A program made the translations under genes and the position numbers. A model generated the notes under the pieces. The model did not search any database, was not told the origin of the DNA, and saw only the letters and a list, made by a program, of their open reading frames with translations. Below are positions 13,051 to 27,284 of a stretch of DNA of 64,000 nucleotides, one piece after another. How positions within the stretch are numbered: position 1 is the stretch's first letter; each line of letters begins with the position of its first letter. The DNA comes from Lepidodermella squamata (taxonomy: Eukaryota > Animalia > Gastrotricha), in the NCBI GenBank assembly GCA_047495785.1, contig JBLDXI010000026.1, positions 434,001 to 498,000 on the forward strand. The letters run 5' to 3'.

Positions 13051-13947
13051 GGTGTGTATAGAGATCTTCCAGATTCGAGAGCCAACTTCAAAGCTGGATA
13101 TTCGAAAATATTTGGAGTGAACTCACAACACTGAATATCGTTTCGTAATTGTTTCCAAAACAACAGAACTTCGGACAAAGACCCCTAATGTTCAAATCAT
13201 CCCCTCGCACATGAGGCTTAATGAATTCCTTTTTAGACGATTCCTGTTTAGACAACTCACACTGTCTATTTGTTATTTAATATGGTGCGAGAAAGGCTCC
13301 GAGCTCTTAGCGCGTATTAACGATCAATATTTTCATGTTCCATTCTCCACTCTTTTTCCGCCGTTTTTTCAATGTTAGTTGCGCAGCACACGCTTGAACG
13401 ACAAGCAGCCTTCCTTTATAAATTCTATTATCTCACCGTTTGAATCGGTGCGGGCACTTGGATGCGAAAATTGAAAGATGTTTCATCAGCATTTCGGTCG
13501 AAGCAAGGCACGTGCCACTATCAATTACTTTTTCATTTCCTCAATGAACAAGAGAGGCATATAGTGCTCATGTTCACTAGACTCTACGCCCTAACTTGAT
13601 TAAAACTGCCTCGTGCTTATAAATGTGTTTCTACTCGTCTCAAAGATAAGTTGGATCTGGCAAGCTAGTAATTTTGTATCATTATTTCTCTTTATGAATT
13701 ATTGATCACACGATCACACATGATTGACGAGATGCTAGCTATAATAACACCATAATATTGTTCGACGGTTACAGGGTTCAGGGTGTTAAGGTTCAGGGCG
13801 TTGCTAGCTTGTAGCTTTTGGTAAAAAATGTAAAGCATGGAAATTCATCATGAATTCGTGGTCGGGAATCGCAATGTCGGAATGTTGGAAATAAGAGCTA
13901 GAAGCTCCTTAATATTTAATATCAATTTTACTGACACCATTTTAGCC

Positions 13948-16078
13948 ATGGAAGCTATCGTGAGGCATGCTGCTTGTAAGGTATGATACATCAACTACTT
14001 AAAAATCCTTTTCCATACCTTTCTTTCCAGATTTGCGGGAAGCATGTCATGAAGCGAAAAAATTATTATCCAGGACAATGCTCGGCGTGTCAGGTAAAGG
14101 AAGATGACTCTTCAGAATGGAGCTTTCAACATGTAATGTCCAGAAATTCTTCACACGGCAAGCTTCGAGGCGCTATGAATTTCATTGTCTCACTCGCAGG
14201 AATAATTGCGAAATTCTTCCTGGAAAAACTCGTGGTTGTTGTACTCGCTGCCGTCTTGAAAAGTGCTTCACTTTGCGCTCAAGCCCAGGTAGAATAGCCC
14301 CAGGCGATTACCGTTAAGCAAATTCTGATTTTTTCTTCAGCTTTCAAAACGAGGAGTGAAAAGATTTTAAGAAATGAATCAGAGACTAAAGATCTTGAGA
14401 GAACTGCCAATGTTTGGTCATCAACAATACCAAGCAATCCAGAGATAATCGACCTCGGAATAGCGGAGAAGGCCACTAAAAACTCAGTTATTGGGATAAC
14501 GTTCCTCCACGGCTTTTATGCGGTATGCTCGCAGTCTTTTCCTGTTCTATAATTCAATCTTTTATTGTAACTAATATAGCTTCCGCTGCGAAGAAGGAAT
14601 ATTCCTTACGATGACGTCACAATTTTGGCATCGGAGTTTTCTAACGATCAGATCAGAATCTGCAATGATTCGGCCACAACGTTTGCCCAGTATTTGAAAG
14701 GTACTCGCCAAATTTTGCTAGCTTTGCACCAAAGGATAAGGGAAGGAGAAAAACAGAGATAAGCGCAATACAAATATAAGCTCTCCTGGATGTTTGTTGC
14801 CTGATTGCGTGTTTAACGGCTACGGGCGAGCCTCGACGCTGAGACAAACGAGGGGAAACTAATTTGCATTTTCTTATCAGATAGATTGCGATGTTCTGGA
14901 TTTACCGAATAATTTCTAAATTTTCACCTGGCTGGCTAAGTAGGCAAATCTAAAAAGCCGCCGAATCTTGGGCAATTTGCTATTCCCAAATTTGTGGGTA
15001 TCATATACACATGCATGTACCTAATATTATACAACGATGCTGCGTCGAATTACCGAGGCGCGTCATATGAGTGAGCCTCATTCCAGATTCGGCTATTTTC
15101 GGAAAATTCAGTATGATGACCCGCTACGATTGAAAAAATGTTTTACTCTTGCAGACGCCTTCGGAATTCCTGACCACGAGTGGCCTCAAAACGCCGCGGC
15201 TGGCTGGACTGAAACCGCAATCGCTTTCACGTGCCAACAAGGCGATAACAATCTGCTTTCTATAAACAAAGCCGTCTTTCCTCAATTTCTAGCCATTTTC
15301 CCCGAGTTTGAGGTAAATCTCTTCACCTCCTGATCATAACAATTTCTTTCGCATCCCTGTCCTTATGTAGTGATACAAATTCGATAATGTCATCAATTAA
15401 TGCAAGATTTAGGAAGAGCCATATCGGTAGCGTCGTTGAATAACTCGGATTTAGGCTTGTTTACATCCGTTTGAAAGTGAGAGGTGACAAGTAAAAAGTA
15501 TTTTTCACTTTTGCATCCTAATTCCCGTTGAAAACCCGCTTTTTTACTTGACACCTGTCGCCTTGAAATGGATGTAAACAAGCCTAAATCCGAGTTATTC
15601 AACGACGCTAACGATATATTCAAAAACAATCAACACTCTTCAAAAACTCGTATTTATTGAAGTGGGAATATACCGGCACACTATTTATCTCTTTTGTTTT
15701 TTGTTTGCAGCCTGTCGCTATGTGGGCGCAGGAGCTGTCGCACGTGCTAAATGGCTGGCAACCGACGATGCCCGAATTTTCCCTATTTTTGTGCTACCTT
15801 TGTTTTAGTGGTACGCGCCAAATTGCGGATTACTGCTGACAGATTATTGATTTTCTCCCACAGGATCGAAGACTCGGATTTCAGTTCGATTGTCAAATGT
15901 CTTGCAGAAATCGTTGTTCATGCAATGCGCTGCTTTGCGGAGAGGAATTGGGTGGAAGGACTACGTCGAAAGAGCCATTGCTATCATGGAGCAAGCTGCA
16001 GCGTACAGGCTAACACTTTTTGCGGAAGAAGATCGAGCAAGTTCCTGGGTACGCAACGCCAAGCTATCATTTGGATAA
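13948..16078 (+). CDS. Divergent nuclear-receptor-like gene, copy B
   Basis: MEAIVRHAACK|ICGKHVMKRKNYYPGQCSACQ|KFFTRQASRRYEFHCLTRRNNCEILPGKTRGCCTRCRLEKC; conserved downstream exons (STIPSNP, FAQYLK, FPEFE, PTMPEFSLFLCYLCFSG); ends SWVRNAKLSFG*. Confidence 0.85.
15421..15617. mobile_element. Fold-back (palindromic) MITE in an intron of NR copy B
   Basis: Arms of about 75 bp, including the perfect core TAGCGTCGTTGAATAACTCGGATTTAGGCTTGTTTACATCC and its reverse complement. Confidence 0.8.
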
Positions 16079-17848
16079 TTCCAGAAACTTTCAAGTACGC
16101 AGTTTTTGTGACATTTTTGTAGTGAATAAAGTCTGTTAATTTATTAAATCACTTTATTAAATCACATTAGGCTAAGCTCATTTGAAATGATCCAGTCAGT
16201 CATTCACCGTTAGCAACATAGCGATACTTCAGCTTCCATAGAGCTAGCCTGAGACATGAGACGTACTAGGACGCCGGGGCTTGAATCCTCCTTAACAAAA
16301 ATCTCTGCGTCACGTGCCGGAATACGGTGGAAAAATCAGGTGAAGCTAAATAAATGAATTTTGTGGCAAAATAATTGATGATGCAGACACGGGTTTCAGC
16401 TAATGTCCTGACTCCGACCAGTCAAGTTTTCAAACTGATGTTGATGCGCCCGGAACATAAGTTCTAAATTTAGTCTCCGAAAAAAATAAGAGAAATGAAG
16501 ACCTCGTGGATTATCAGAGCAAGAAGTATCTGCCATCGTCACCGGTCATACGAATTCGTTCGCCTTCATAACAAGAACAGGAATTTAATACGCCTCGCTG
16601 ACTCAACCTTCTTGATGCTTGGGCGCACCTTTGTTCCAAATTTCTATTGTTTTGCTTTTACCTTTGGCTTGTTCACGTCAAGCAACGTCAACGCCAAACA
16701 TGCAGTCATTTTTACACGAAAATCGTCCGTTGATAATATAAAATCGCCGAAACCTTCCCTTGAAATTAGAAGTTCCACATTTTACGTAGGAACTAATTCA
16801 GGCGGAGGCCAAGTATATTATGGGCCTAGAACAGGTTTACAGATCAACTCCCTATTAGGATTATAATCCATCGATGCCCGAATTCGCTTTATTATTCATT
16901 TTCTGTTCCTCAGAGGTAAGAGCTTTCTTGATCAGAAAGTTCTCGAACACTCCTTTTTTCCAGGAAAAAGCGTTTGTGTGACAAAAGCCTAGCTCAACTT
17001 TCAAGACTCTCGAGACTGAAAAATCTATCGCTCTCCTAAATGTCTCAACTGCGCGGGAGGGCAATGAAAGCCATAGTGACAACTATTTCAGTCAAATTTA
17101 AAAATGTTTGAACAACCTTGCTGAAATAACACCCGGTATCTTTGAAACTACTGCAGCTGTCCGAGACTTTTCACAGAGCAGCAATTCAACATGACTATAG
17201 AGAGGCTCTCAATATTTTAAATACGGACAAATCCAGATTTTTGCTGCTGCCGAACAATCGACTCCTTTTCCTTTCTTATTATGTGGTTCAAAGCTTGAAC
17301 ATCATGCAATAATGAAAAAATTTTCAGCTAAGTTGTTCGGTTATGATATTTGGCTTTGATTCATTACTGAAGTTTAAATAAGCAATACCGAAGAGCGACG
17401 GTAATGTTAAATCATCGTCATGAGAAAATGCGAACTTACACCTTAATTGTGAGGCGACTCTAGATAAAGAAGGCAACTCCGCCGGGACACAGGTATGAAA
17501 TTTTAAGATAACGCCACGTCAGTTCGAGTTTTACCCGTTGGGCCTTTTGGAAATACGCCTATTGTTGAAGTGCATTTTTCTTACATTTTATTGTTCTTTT
17601 CGGGGATCCTTGCGCAACATTTCTCTGATGTCATTCAAGCGGGAGTACAGTATCACTTGCTGACTTCATCTAAAAGCTATGACAGTTACTCTTGCAAAGC
17701 ACTAATATCATATGCTGGCGCTTTTTGCATTTAATCATGCGTGCTATATATACGAGTGCAGAAAAATCAATACAGCGATGTCTTGCGAAAGCATAGCTCA
17801 GTTTTTCTCATCAAACAGTAGCTGGAATTATCATTTGAAAGCATTAAC

Positions 17849-19687
17849 ATGAATACCAGCGATGAGCAATTTGCCAAGGAAGATAATTTAGTCATCAACT
17901 GCAATGTAATGATTTTTCATGACCTTTTTGACTTCATGACCTGATTTATTACGTAGATATGCGGCAAAGTTGTCCCGCCGAGAGAGCTATATCATCCTAG
18001 GCAATGTAATGCCTGCCAGGTAAACTTATTCTTTCAACGTTTCCGTTAATAATTGCAAGCATTCACTTAGAAATTTTTCGCTCGACAACGCAAACGAAGG
18101 TTCGAATTTCAATGTATCACTGGGAAATTCAAGTGCGAGATAAATCCTGGAGCAACTCGTAGTTGCTGTACCCGTTGCCGGCTTGAAAAATGTTTCGCGT
18201 TGAGACTAAGAAGATGTAAGGCTTTTTTGATGAATTTAACAGAAAATAATCAGTAGAATTCTTTAGTTTCAAGAAGGAAAAGCGATGATCCTTCGGAAGT
18301 TACCATAAAGGAACCAAATGACGATTTTAGGTCTGAACAAGACATCTCGGTCTCGGCTCTAAATGCTTATTCATATGGCACCTGGCTTTATGCTACTAGT
18401 GTAGGATCTGGGGCTCCCGGTTTTGAAGCTAACATCAGAAATGCAACGATACCTAGCAATCCTGATTTAATCCACTTCAGTAAAGTCGAGAAAGCCACCA
18501 AAAGCTCCATTACTGCGCTCACTTTTCTGCATGATCTGCATTCGGTAATACATCTTCCTATTTCAATTCTCTCAGTCAATTGCCCTTCCTATTAAGCTCC
18601 CGCTGCGGAGACGAAACTTTCCTTATGACGATATCACCCAGCTAGCAACAGACTTTTACACCAGCCAGATTAGGATCTGGAACGAAGCAAGCACCAAATT
18701 TGCAAAATACATGAAAGGTATGAATTTTTCAAAAAATCTGATTTTCCTTTATCAAGTTAAATTTTATTCTCTTGCGCAGATGCTTTCGGAATTTCGAATC
18801 ATGAGGTGATTCAAGCTGTCGCGACGGGCTGGTCTTCAACTGTGCTAGGTTTCACGGCACAAACTGGCAGCGAAAATCCAACACCAATCAATGAAGCTCT
18901 CTTGCCGACATTTCTTGGCGTTTTTCCCGAGTTTGAGGTAAACGCAGTCAATTTGTTTCCTAGTTAGATGCTACACCAGAAAAATATCACCCTAATTTAT
19001 CTACCGAAAGCATGAATTTAGTTTCGGTATCTGAATTCATGCTTTCAGTAGATAAATAACTGTCTTTTTGTGTATGAATTAGGGTGATTTTGGGCATGAA
19101 TTCAGATAAATGTTGAAAATCCATGAATTAGGATACTCACAGGGCCCTAATTGAGGGGATTTCACGAGCTAAAATTCCGATTGTTAATCACCCATATTAG
19201 GGTGAATTTTTTCTGGTGTATGGCATAAATGTCTCATTATTATTTCCGTTTCACGGGTCGAGAAGCTAAGTCTAGTATTATAAATCCACTTCCCTATTTG
19301 CAGCCTTTCGTTAAAATGGCAAAGGAGCTATCACACGTGCTGAGTGCCTGGCAGCCAACGATGCCCGAATGCGCTTTATTCCTCTGTTACCTATTTTTCA
19401 GCGGTATGGATCAAATCCCCGGCTTTCTTTTTTGACCCATCCACTATCAATTCATTTGATACGCAGAATCCTCAATTCCGAGATTGGTTCGACTATCAAA
19501 TTTCTTGCTTAAATCGCTGTTCATGCATTACTTTGCTGTGAGAAGATGGCATCAGCAGCAGGACACAATTCACGTCGAAAGAGCCTTGGCTATCATGCAA
19601 CAAGCCACGGCTTATGGACCGACATTTCTGAAAAAGGCAGAGGCTCACCAATTTCCCTGGGTGCGGATCGTCAAGCCATCCTTATAG
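17849..19687 (+). CDS. Divergent nuclear-receptor-like gene, copy C
   Basis: MNTSDE...INCN|ICGKVVPPRELYHPRQCNACQ|KFFARQRKRRFEFQCITGKFKCEINPGATRSCCTRCRLEKC; LBD-like exons conserved; ends PWVRIVKPSL*. Confidence 0.85.
18974..19218 (+). mobile_element. Complete TA-flanked MITE (Tc1/mariner-type) in an intron of NR copy C
   Basis: TA|CACCAGAAAAATATCACCCTAAT ... ATTAGGGTGAATTTTTTCTGGTG|TA; near-perfect TIRs, TA target duplication and a second copy at 2934. Confidence 0.85.
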
Positions 19688-21247
19688 TCTCAAGTATTGT
19701 TGAATAGTTCGCTTTTCGGTCACATCTTGACAAATAACAATCGATTCATTTAATCGCCAAATAACATTAGGATGGTTAGCATGTTTTTTTAACGCGTTTT
19801 ACTTGAAATATTAACGCGAAGAGACAATACTTTTCTTCGTTGATGAAGTCGTCACTATAAACGAATTTGTTGCTACGCGTTATTCTTTTAAACAACATTA
19901 GAGGCAAAGAAACGACCGTAATTGAATTGTCTTTCCTAAAATGCGTTTTTTACTGAACTTTTAGGTTCAAGGTTAGAAGAGAAGAGATGAACACTTTTCC
20001 AGGCCTGATTTAGGTTCGCACTCAGAGGACTTCAAGTTATTCCAGATATCAGATATTGCCACCGACCACACCATAACTAGCTCAGCAGGAGGGTAATTCG
20101 AAATGACTCTAACAAACAAGCTCTAAATTCATGGATAAAATTAAAAAAAACAATGAAAATTGAAGTAGCTGATTATCGCAATGAAAGAATGTAATTTCAT
20201 GACCTACTCATGCCGTTCTAGTGAGTGCGATCAATAATTCTGCTCTATTTATGCCTCGTATTAGTATTGCAGCTTCTGAAATTTAATATGCTTTGACTAC
20301 TGCTCGAATTTAAAAGCAGCATCAGTCGGTAGAGGCAGAGTTGAAAAGTTATATACGACAGTTTGAGGCGGATTTGTTACTAATAACGAGCCCAGTAAAT
20401 CTCACGAAAATATGATCGATAATTTTAGAAACGCAACTTGTCTTAGTAGATGAACGCTTGCACGTGCCAAGGTTTTGCATAATTTTTTCAACGAGTTTTG
20501 CAAAACCAGCTCACACTTCAATAATCACTAATGCACTAACATTTCACTTACAATTATCAGCATTTCGAGCATAGTTCTATCAGGAGGTTGTTGTATCAAG
20601 TACAGCTTTTTCTGTACTGTCAATTCTTCGACCGTATACCTCACCTAATTTGCTATTTTGAATGCGTCTTCCAATCTGAGCCACTTTTCTCCCAATATTT
20701 ACGAAGTCGCGAGAGACTTTAAAGCTGAATACTGACGTTCTGACTGACCAAATTACCATGACTGCCGTTTTTCACCAGTATTAATGAAGTCCCTACTCCT
20801 GAGAGACTTTACTGTTTTTAGTTGTTAGGTCCTCTGCTATTTATTGAGCCTATTGATAAGTTTAGTGAATGAATTTGAAAATGTATCGTAAATAACACGC
20901 TGGCAAGTGCGAAATTTTTGACGGTGCGTGCTTCTCTACTCCAGTAGAGAAGACATTAATTTATTTCCGCGGTTCAAACCTGAGAACATTTTACAGTGGT
21001 GTCGAGTTGATTATTTTCGAGATGATAGTCGCGCAACAGAGGAAATTACTTAATTGAGTAATTAGAAAGGAAGAGTTTCCTTCAAATCTTCAGCAGCGCC
21101 CAATGGCAGCTTTTTGGAATTAGTCGAAGTCAGATGTGAAATATTTGCTTCTATATTCTGCTAGCAATTTGCTCCAAAAACCACCCTCAATAATCGCTGA
21201 TTTTTCATGAATATTATGAATAATTTTATGAAAAAGTTGAATCGATT

Positions 21248-22532
21248 ATGGAAACTGACTTGAAACCAGTTTTGTGTCAGGTAAATTTTTCGAAATTTGA
21301 AATTCGAAAATTTGTATAGCTTTAAATTAAACAGATATGCAGCAAACCTGTCACCAGGCGACAGTACTATTGCCCAAAGCAATGCTCGGCGTGTCAGGTT
21401 ATAACGATTTTACGCATTTAACAATTTCGTGCTTCAAACTTGTAATTTGTAGAAATTCTTCACTCGCCAATCTCCGAGGCGTTTTGAATTCCAGTGTGTC
21501 ACTGGTAAGAATGACTGCAAAATTCCTCCAAAAACTCGCAACGCTTGCACCCGATGCCGTCTTGAAAAGTGCTTTGCTCTCAAGTCAGCAACAAAATATA
21601 GAAATGCTGACGATAACAGGAAATCATCGATACCAAGAGAGCCTGAACTGGCCGATCTCACGATGGCGGAGAGTGCGACCTTTAAATCTATTGTTGGCCT
21701 CACGTTTTTGCACGACTTACATTCGGTAATTCTTTCAACTCCCCAGCCAATTCGCAGTTGCATCTGTCCTCTCAAATTAAGTTGCCGCTGCGAACAAGGG
21801 CTGAACCTTATCAAGACGCAAACAAGTTGGCGTTAGACTTTGCCACCGATCAGTTAAGGGTCTATGGCATAGCAACTGAAAGATTCGCTCAGTACATGAA
21901 AGGTAAACATGCTCAAATTTCCGTAGTGTGATTTTTCGAACACGTTCATCTTACAGAAGCTTTTGCCATTTCAAATCGCGAGCTGGCGCAAGCGGTCGCA
22001 ACAGGGTGCTGGTCAACTGTGCTAGCTTTCACATCCCAACCCGGCGACGAAAGCCCACTGTCAATCAACAAAGCTATTATTCCTCAATGGCTGGCTATTT
22101 TTCCTGAATTCGGGGTAAAGCTGTTGTAATATTGAACGTGTTTAATGCCGCTTACGCAGCCTATCGTTTCGTGGGCGAATGAGCTATCGCACGTGTTGAG
22201 CGACTGGAAAGCGACAATGCCGGAATTAGCTTTATTCCTCTGTTACCTGTTTTTTAGTGGTAAGTTCCTTATTGATGGCCACTCATTCTGTGTCTTTATC
22301 CTGTCATTCTTACGCAGAATGTACGACCCCGGCTATGGTTCGAATATCAGATGTCTTGAAGAAATCGCTGATAATGCATCATGCCGGTTTTAGAAAAGGA
22401 TCTTCAAGTCAGGACGAGAACCATGTCGAAAGAGCCATAGCTGTCATGCAGCAAGCAGCAGCGTACAGGCCGGTATTGTTCAAAAAAGCAGAGGAGCACC
22501 CAATTTCCTGGGTTCACAACTTCGATTCGTAA
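21248..22532 (+). CDS. Divergent nuclear-receptor-like gene, copy D (most compact, no hinge intron)
   Basis: METDLKPVLCQ|ICSKPVTRRQYYCPKQCSACQ|KFFTRQSPRRFEFQCVTGKNDCKIPPKTRNACTRCRLEKCFALKSAT...LTFLHDLHS in one exon; ends SWVHNFDS*. Confidence 0.85.
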
Positions 22533-24642
22533 TCGCTGTAATTTGCTGTTTTGCTACTTGTTACTGAAATAATACATATCTCTGTTTGCTTATCCCGATA
22601 GTGAATGGGATCGCTTATTATTTTCTGACCAATTAGTTTTGAATCTCTCAGAGCAGTGGCTGAATGTTAGCCTTTCGTCCAGTGAACGCATTCTCATTCT
22701 GATTTTTCAATAAACTCTCATTGAGTCGATATGATTGTTATGATGAAAGGTTCTTCCCAGTCAAGGTGATACAAAGAATTCTTTAGATAGGATCCTGATC
22801 GGAATCACCTTCATCAAAGATCAAAGCAGATTAAGACGAACTTATTGCTTCGAGTGGGCATATTATCAATTGGATTCATTAAACAATTGGCAACTTCTAT
22901 ACACTGCTACTAATTCATTCTGGCAGTGCTCTCGCTCGAGAACGTACGAGCGCCTGCTCTTGTTAAGAGCATAAAATCGATGTTGGATACTGTAATTACG
23001 GCATGAAAATACGTCGCAAGGAATTTGTTTCACTTTCTCTTTTGCAAGGTTATGACCCCGTATGCGTATGACTTGGACTTCTATCCAAATGGGGATAGAA
23101 GCTTGGGAGAAGATTGGATTTTGGATGATAATATGGATGTTCAGAAGTCGTGTTGTTGCCAACACGATGTTGTAAATTCTAAGTCACGATATCATTCACT
23201 GATTTTCACTCGCCACATGCATGCAAGCTCGTTGAATCTTTTGCATATTCATATTACTACTCTGGATTTTGGATGTTTTTTTCTTGAGGTTGAGGTGAAA
23301 GCATTAACAGCGAAACGGCACACTCCGGTATAACTCTATGCTTGAGTCCACGTGCTTGCTGGGCTTTTGTATTGTCGGCACTAGATGTGCATTCTAGTCG
23401 ACATTACGCGTTTTAGAAGCCTCATAACGGTGCCCTAATTCGCACCTCATTCAACGAGAAATCTCGGAAATGTTTATTTTTCGCTTACTATTTTCCTTAA
23501 AACAAATCATACGACTGGTCTGAAGCATTCCTTGGTGAAAAGGTTGCCCAATTTCAATTCACCTCCAATTTAACCTCTGTTACGTTCGGGGTACTGTAAA
23601 TCATGAGACGTAGCGGTTCGACGGGCTCGAAGCCTAACCACAGGGGAGGCCCTTATTTTTTTCCCTGGCCCCAGCGGAAACTTGAGCGATATAAGGGAGA
23701 CCCTTACCTATATCCCCTTTCGGCAAAATGTCCATCTTCTACACTGAATTTGAAGAAAATATCACGGTGTTAATTTTGAAGAGATCTGACTACACACATG
23801 TGGTTCTTTGCATTCTGGCTATTTATCGCCAAGAAATCGACGGTTGAAATTTTAAATCTTTTCGATTTTTGTCCTCCAAGAAATTGATGAATCAGCAGAC
23901 TATCTGGCGCCCATGGCTTTACACCCCTTTTCTCGTGAGTAGACATTCTATACTGATATTATGTCCATGGCAAATTCACATTTTGCACATGAGGTTACCC
24001 GTTACCCATGTGCTTACTCGCATGGCGCTCTTTTCTATTTCATAATTCGGCGATCGTAATTGATTATGAATAGATTGTTTAACCATTTGAAGCTTATATG
24101 ACTTGATTATCAAACTGGGGCGTATCTAAAAGGCAAAATATTAAGAAATGGTGATACATGGCGTCGGAGATTGAGAAATGGGGTAATTTTTGATGAAGGA
24201 CACCCGGAGTGGGTTGATATGGTGTGCATCATTGCGCAATTTTTAGTAATTCAATAATGCATTTCAGAATTAGCTCTGAGCCTGCGAGCTCGATCGATAA
24301 TTACCCTACTTTGGTTTCGGCAAGTATTACATCGCGACAGCGCAATTCTAACTCTGAGTATTCTCTAAGAATTCCGTGGTCCGAGAAAGTTTTCTTGCGG
24401 AAAATGGGTAACGTTGAGTAAGAAGCTGTAGTGATAACAAATGCGCTATTATTTAGAAACGATTTTAATGTTTTCAGTCGTTGTTTGATGGTGACCTTTT
24501 CATCCGACACATTAATACTTTTGCCCACAAGCCACCTTTAAACGTTTTCCGGGCGTACTTTCCTCATATTTAATTTGACCATTAAATACTTGTTTAATGA
24601 TCATTATTTTAGCAATTTTACTAGGAACTGACGGAGATAAGC

Positions 24643-26292
24643 ATGGAAGTCAACCTGGGTCGTGTTTTATGTAAGGTAAATTTCCTTGATTTCAAACAAA
24701 ATGTCTTTTATTATCTGTCAATTCCATCCAGATTTGCGACAAAGCTGTAACAAAAAGGAGGGATTATTTCCCAAATCAATGCGCGGCGTGTGAGGTAAAG
24801 CTGGCGAAAACTGATTAAAAAAGGGAGCATTACAGTGACATCTCTAGAAATTCTTTGGTCGGCAAGCTCTGAGACGTTCTGAAATCCATTGTGTCACTGG
24901 CAGGAATGATTGCAAAATCGTCCCGGGAAAAACTCGCAGATGCTGCACGCGTTGCCGCCTCGAAAAGTGTTTCGCTTATCGTCAAGGTAAAATATTACTG
25001 ATATGGAATGACCTATGGGCTTCTGAATTTGCGTTCCTATTCTGTATATTCGTTATGCGAAGAGAGTATTTTTCCGCCCGAATTTTCGCGTCATCCATGT
25101 GTTTTTTCCTGAGTTTCATCCTTTTTCCTAGGCCTCTTGAACTGTGGAATACAATAGCGCCTATTCTTTTTCGTACACTCTTAACGCTGTTCGTTTAATT
25201 GAAAATTCCTCAGATAAGAGACGTCGGTCGACTGATGCCTCCGGCCAGAGAGTAAGCAGCGATAGCGATGCTTCTAACGATGCTTCTAACGATGCTTCTA
25301 ACGATATTACGACATCTCTCAAAATTGCTGCCTTTAGCAGGAATTCAACGATTCCAAAAACCCCCGATCTTAACCACCTGGCACTGGCGGAAAAAGCTGC
25401 TAAATACTCAACGATTGGGCTCACCTTTCTGCATGACTTGAATTCGGTAATTTAAATCTTTGTTATTCGATTTTAGAGCTCATTCATTGCCCAATTTAGC
25501 TGCCACTGCGACGTCGAAACGTCCCTTATGATGACATCACTCAGCTAGTATCAGAATTCACCACCGGTCAAATCAGGATCTACAACGAAGCGAGCACCAG
25601 CTTTGCTAATTACATGAAAGGTATTAAGATACTGTTGCCGATTCTTGTTCATTCTGATGCCCTTGCAGAAGCTTTTGGAATTTCTCGTCGCGATTTAGCG
25701 GAAGCTGTCGCGACAGGGTGGTCTTCAACTGTGCTAGGTTTCACATCGCAACCCGGCAACGCAAATCCAATGCCAGTTAACGAAGCTCTCTTGCCCCAAT
25801 TTCTCGCCGTTTTCCCTGAGTTCGAGGTAAAAGCCTTCCCACGCCCCAGTAACACAAGAACTCGTGAAAAGCGGTACGAATCGAAATTGTTCTATTCCAT
25901 ATCTTTTCAGCTTGTCGTGATGTGGGGTAAGGAGCTATCACATGTGTTGAACGGTTGGCGGCCGACAATGCCCGAGCACGCTTTATTTCTCTGCTACCTA
26001 TTTTTCAGTGGTAGGCATCTACATCTTTGGGAATTTGTGGTAATTTGTGACGATAATTTTCTTATGCGCAGGATCTTCGACTCCAGCATTGATTCGACTT
26101 TCAAACATCTTGCGAACATGTTTGGCAATGCATTACGCTGCTGCAAGACGTGGATGTCCAGCGCAGGACAAAAACCACGTCGATAGAGCAACTGCTGTTA
26201 TGAAGCAAACCGCAGCGTATAGGCCGATCTTTTTGAAAAAAGCCGACGCCCACCCAACTTCCTGGGTACGGACCGTCAAGCCATCATTATAG
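24643..26292 (+). CDS. Divergent nuclear-receptor-like gene, copy E
   Basis: MEVNLGRVLCK|ICDKAVTKRRDYFPNQCAACE|KFFGRQALRRSEIHCVTGRNDCKIVPGKTRRCCTRCRLEKC; hinge exon boundaries uncertain; LBD-like exons conserved; ends SWVRTVKPSL*. Confidence 0.82.
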
Positions 26293-26421
26293 CCACTGCG
26301 ATCGAATGAGCATTACCTTTGTATGGTGTGGCAGTGCGAGCGAATTTTGCGTTTCTAATAGTCCATTTGTGGCAATGTTTTCGCTCAATAATTCATGACG
26401 AAAGGCAGGGAAATCAATAAA

Positions 26422-26859
26422 CAGTAGTTTTGCGTTAAGCCAGACACGACCCGTGCCAGACGATTATTGTAAGCCGGACATGCCGGTATGAGAAAAGCTT
26501 CAACTATTTGAAATTCGAGTCGAGGCATTGTCGGGTAAGGACTCCTCATAGTCAGGGTCGCTACTCTCTTCAGATGTCGATAAGGTGGGCGACAACTCGC
26601 ACTTGGGCATGGCTAATTTCTTAGAATTTCTCAACAGCTCAAAAAGATCTTCTAGTGAAACACTATCAGTAAATAGCACAAATAAGTAAACCCGTGGTAA
26701 CATTTCTAGCTGATTCGGCTCACAGCTGTTCCTTTTTATTGTTAGGCGGGTTTTTTCTAGAAAATTGTATAAGCCGGACATTTTGATATTTAATTCACTT
26801 AAAATCTGTCCGTTATAACGCATGCCAAGCTAAATGGCGTCTGGCTTAACGCACCACCG
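26422..26859. mobile_element. Non-autonomous DNA transposon (TIR element)
   Basis: TGCGTTAAGCCAGAC near the left end and GTCTGGCTTAACGCA near the right end; internal repeated TAAGCCGGACA. Confidence 0.6.
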
Positions 26860-27284
26860 TACTACATACCAGAAAATGATGGCTTCCTCAAATAAATAAA
26901 TCATTTGGAGCAGTAAGGGATTGTTGGTCTTAAACGCTTGACAGTTCTGAGAGTTGAAGCAGGCATGGGCGGCAATATCGTCAAGCCTAATAAACTCCTA
27001 TAAACTATACAAGTAGACATCGGACACCTTTCCTTTTTCTCCTTCTACGTGATGACGCTGTGCGAGTGAAGGAACATCATTTTTGTTTTCATGTCAAGTA
27101 GAACTGCAATCAACACTACGTACATCCTCTCACGGCGTCGTTGTTCTCACTTCTCTCTCAATGAAACACGGGCGCGTGCTTTAACAAAAAACCGATAAAT
27201 CAATTCAGCTCATTTATCATCTTCCACGCTTGACAGCTTCACGTTCCAAATCAAAATTCAGCTAAAACAATTTAGAGCGCTATT

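Noticed and set aside
22622-22815. Duplicated block whose minus strand gives HLDWEEPFII, vaguely like the GPY/F region of a Gypsy integrase
   Set aside because: Stops in both copies and no other integrase motif; kept only as a duplication marker.
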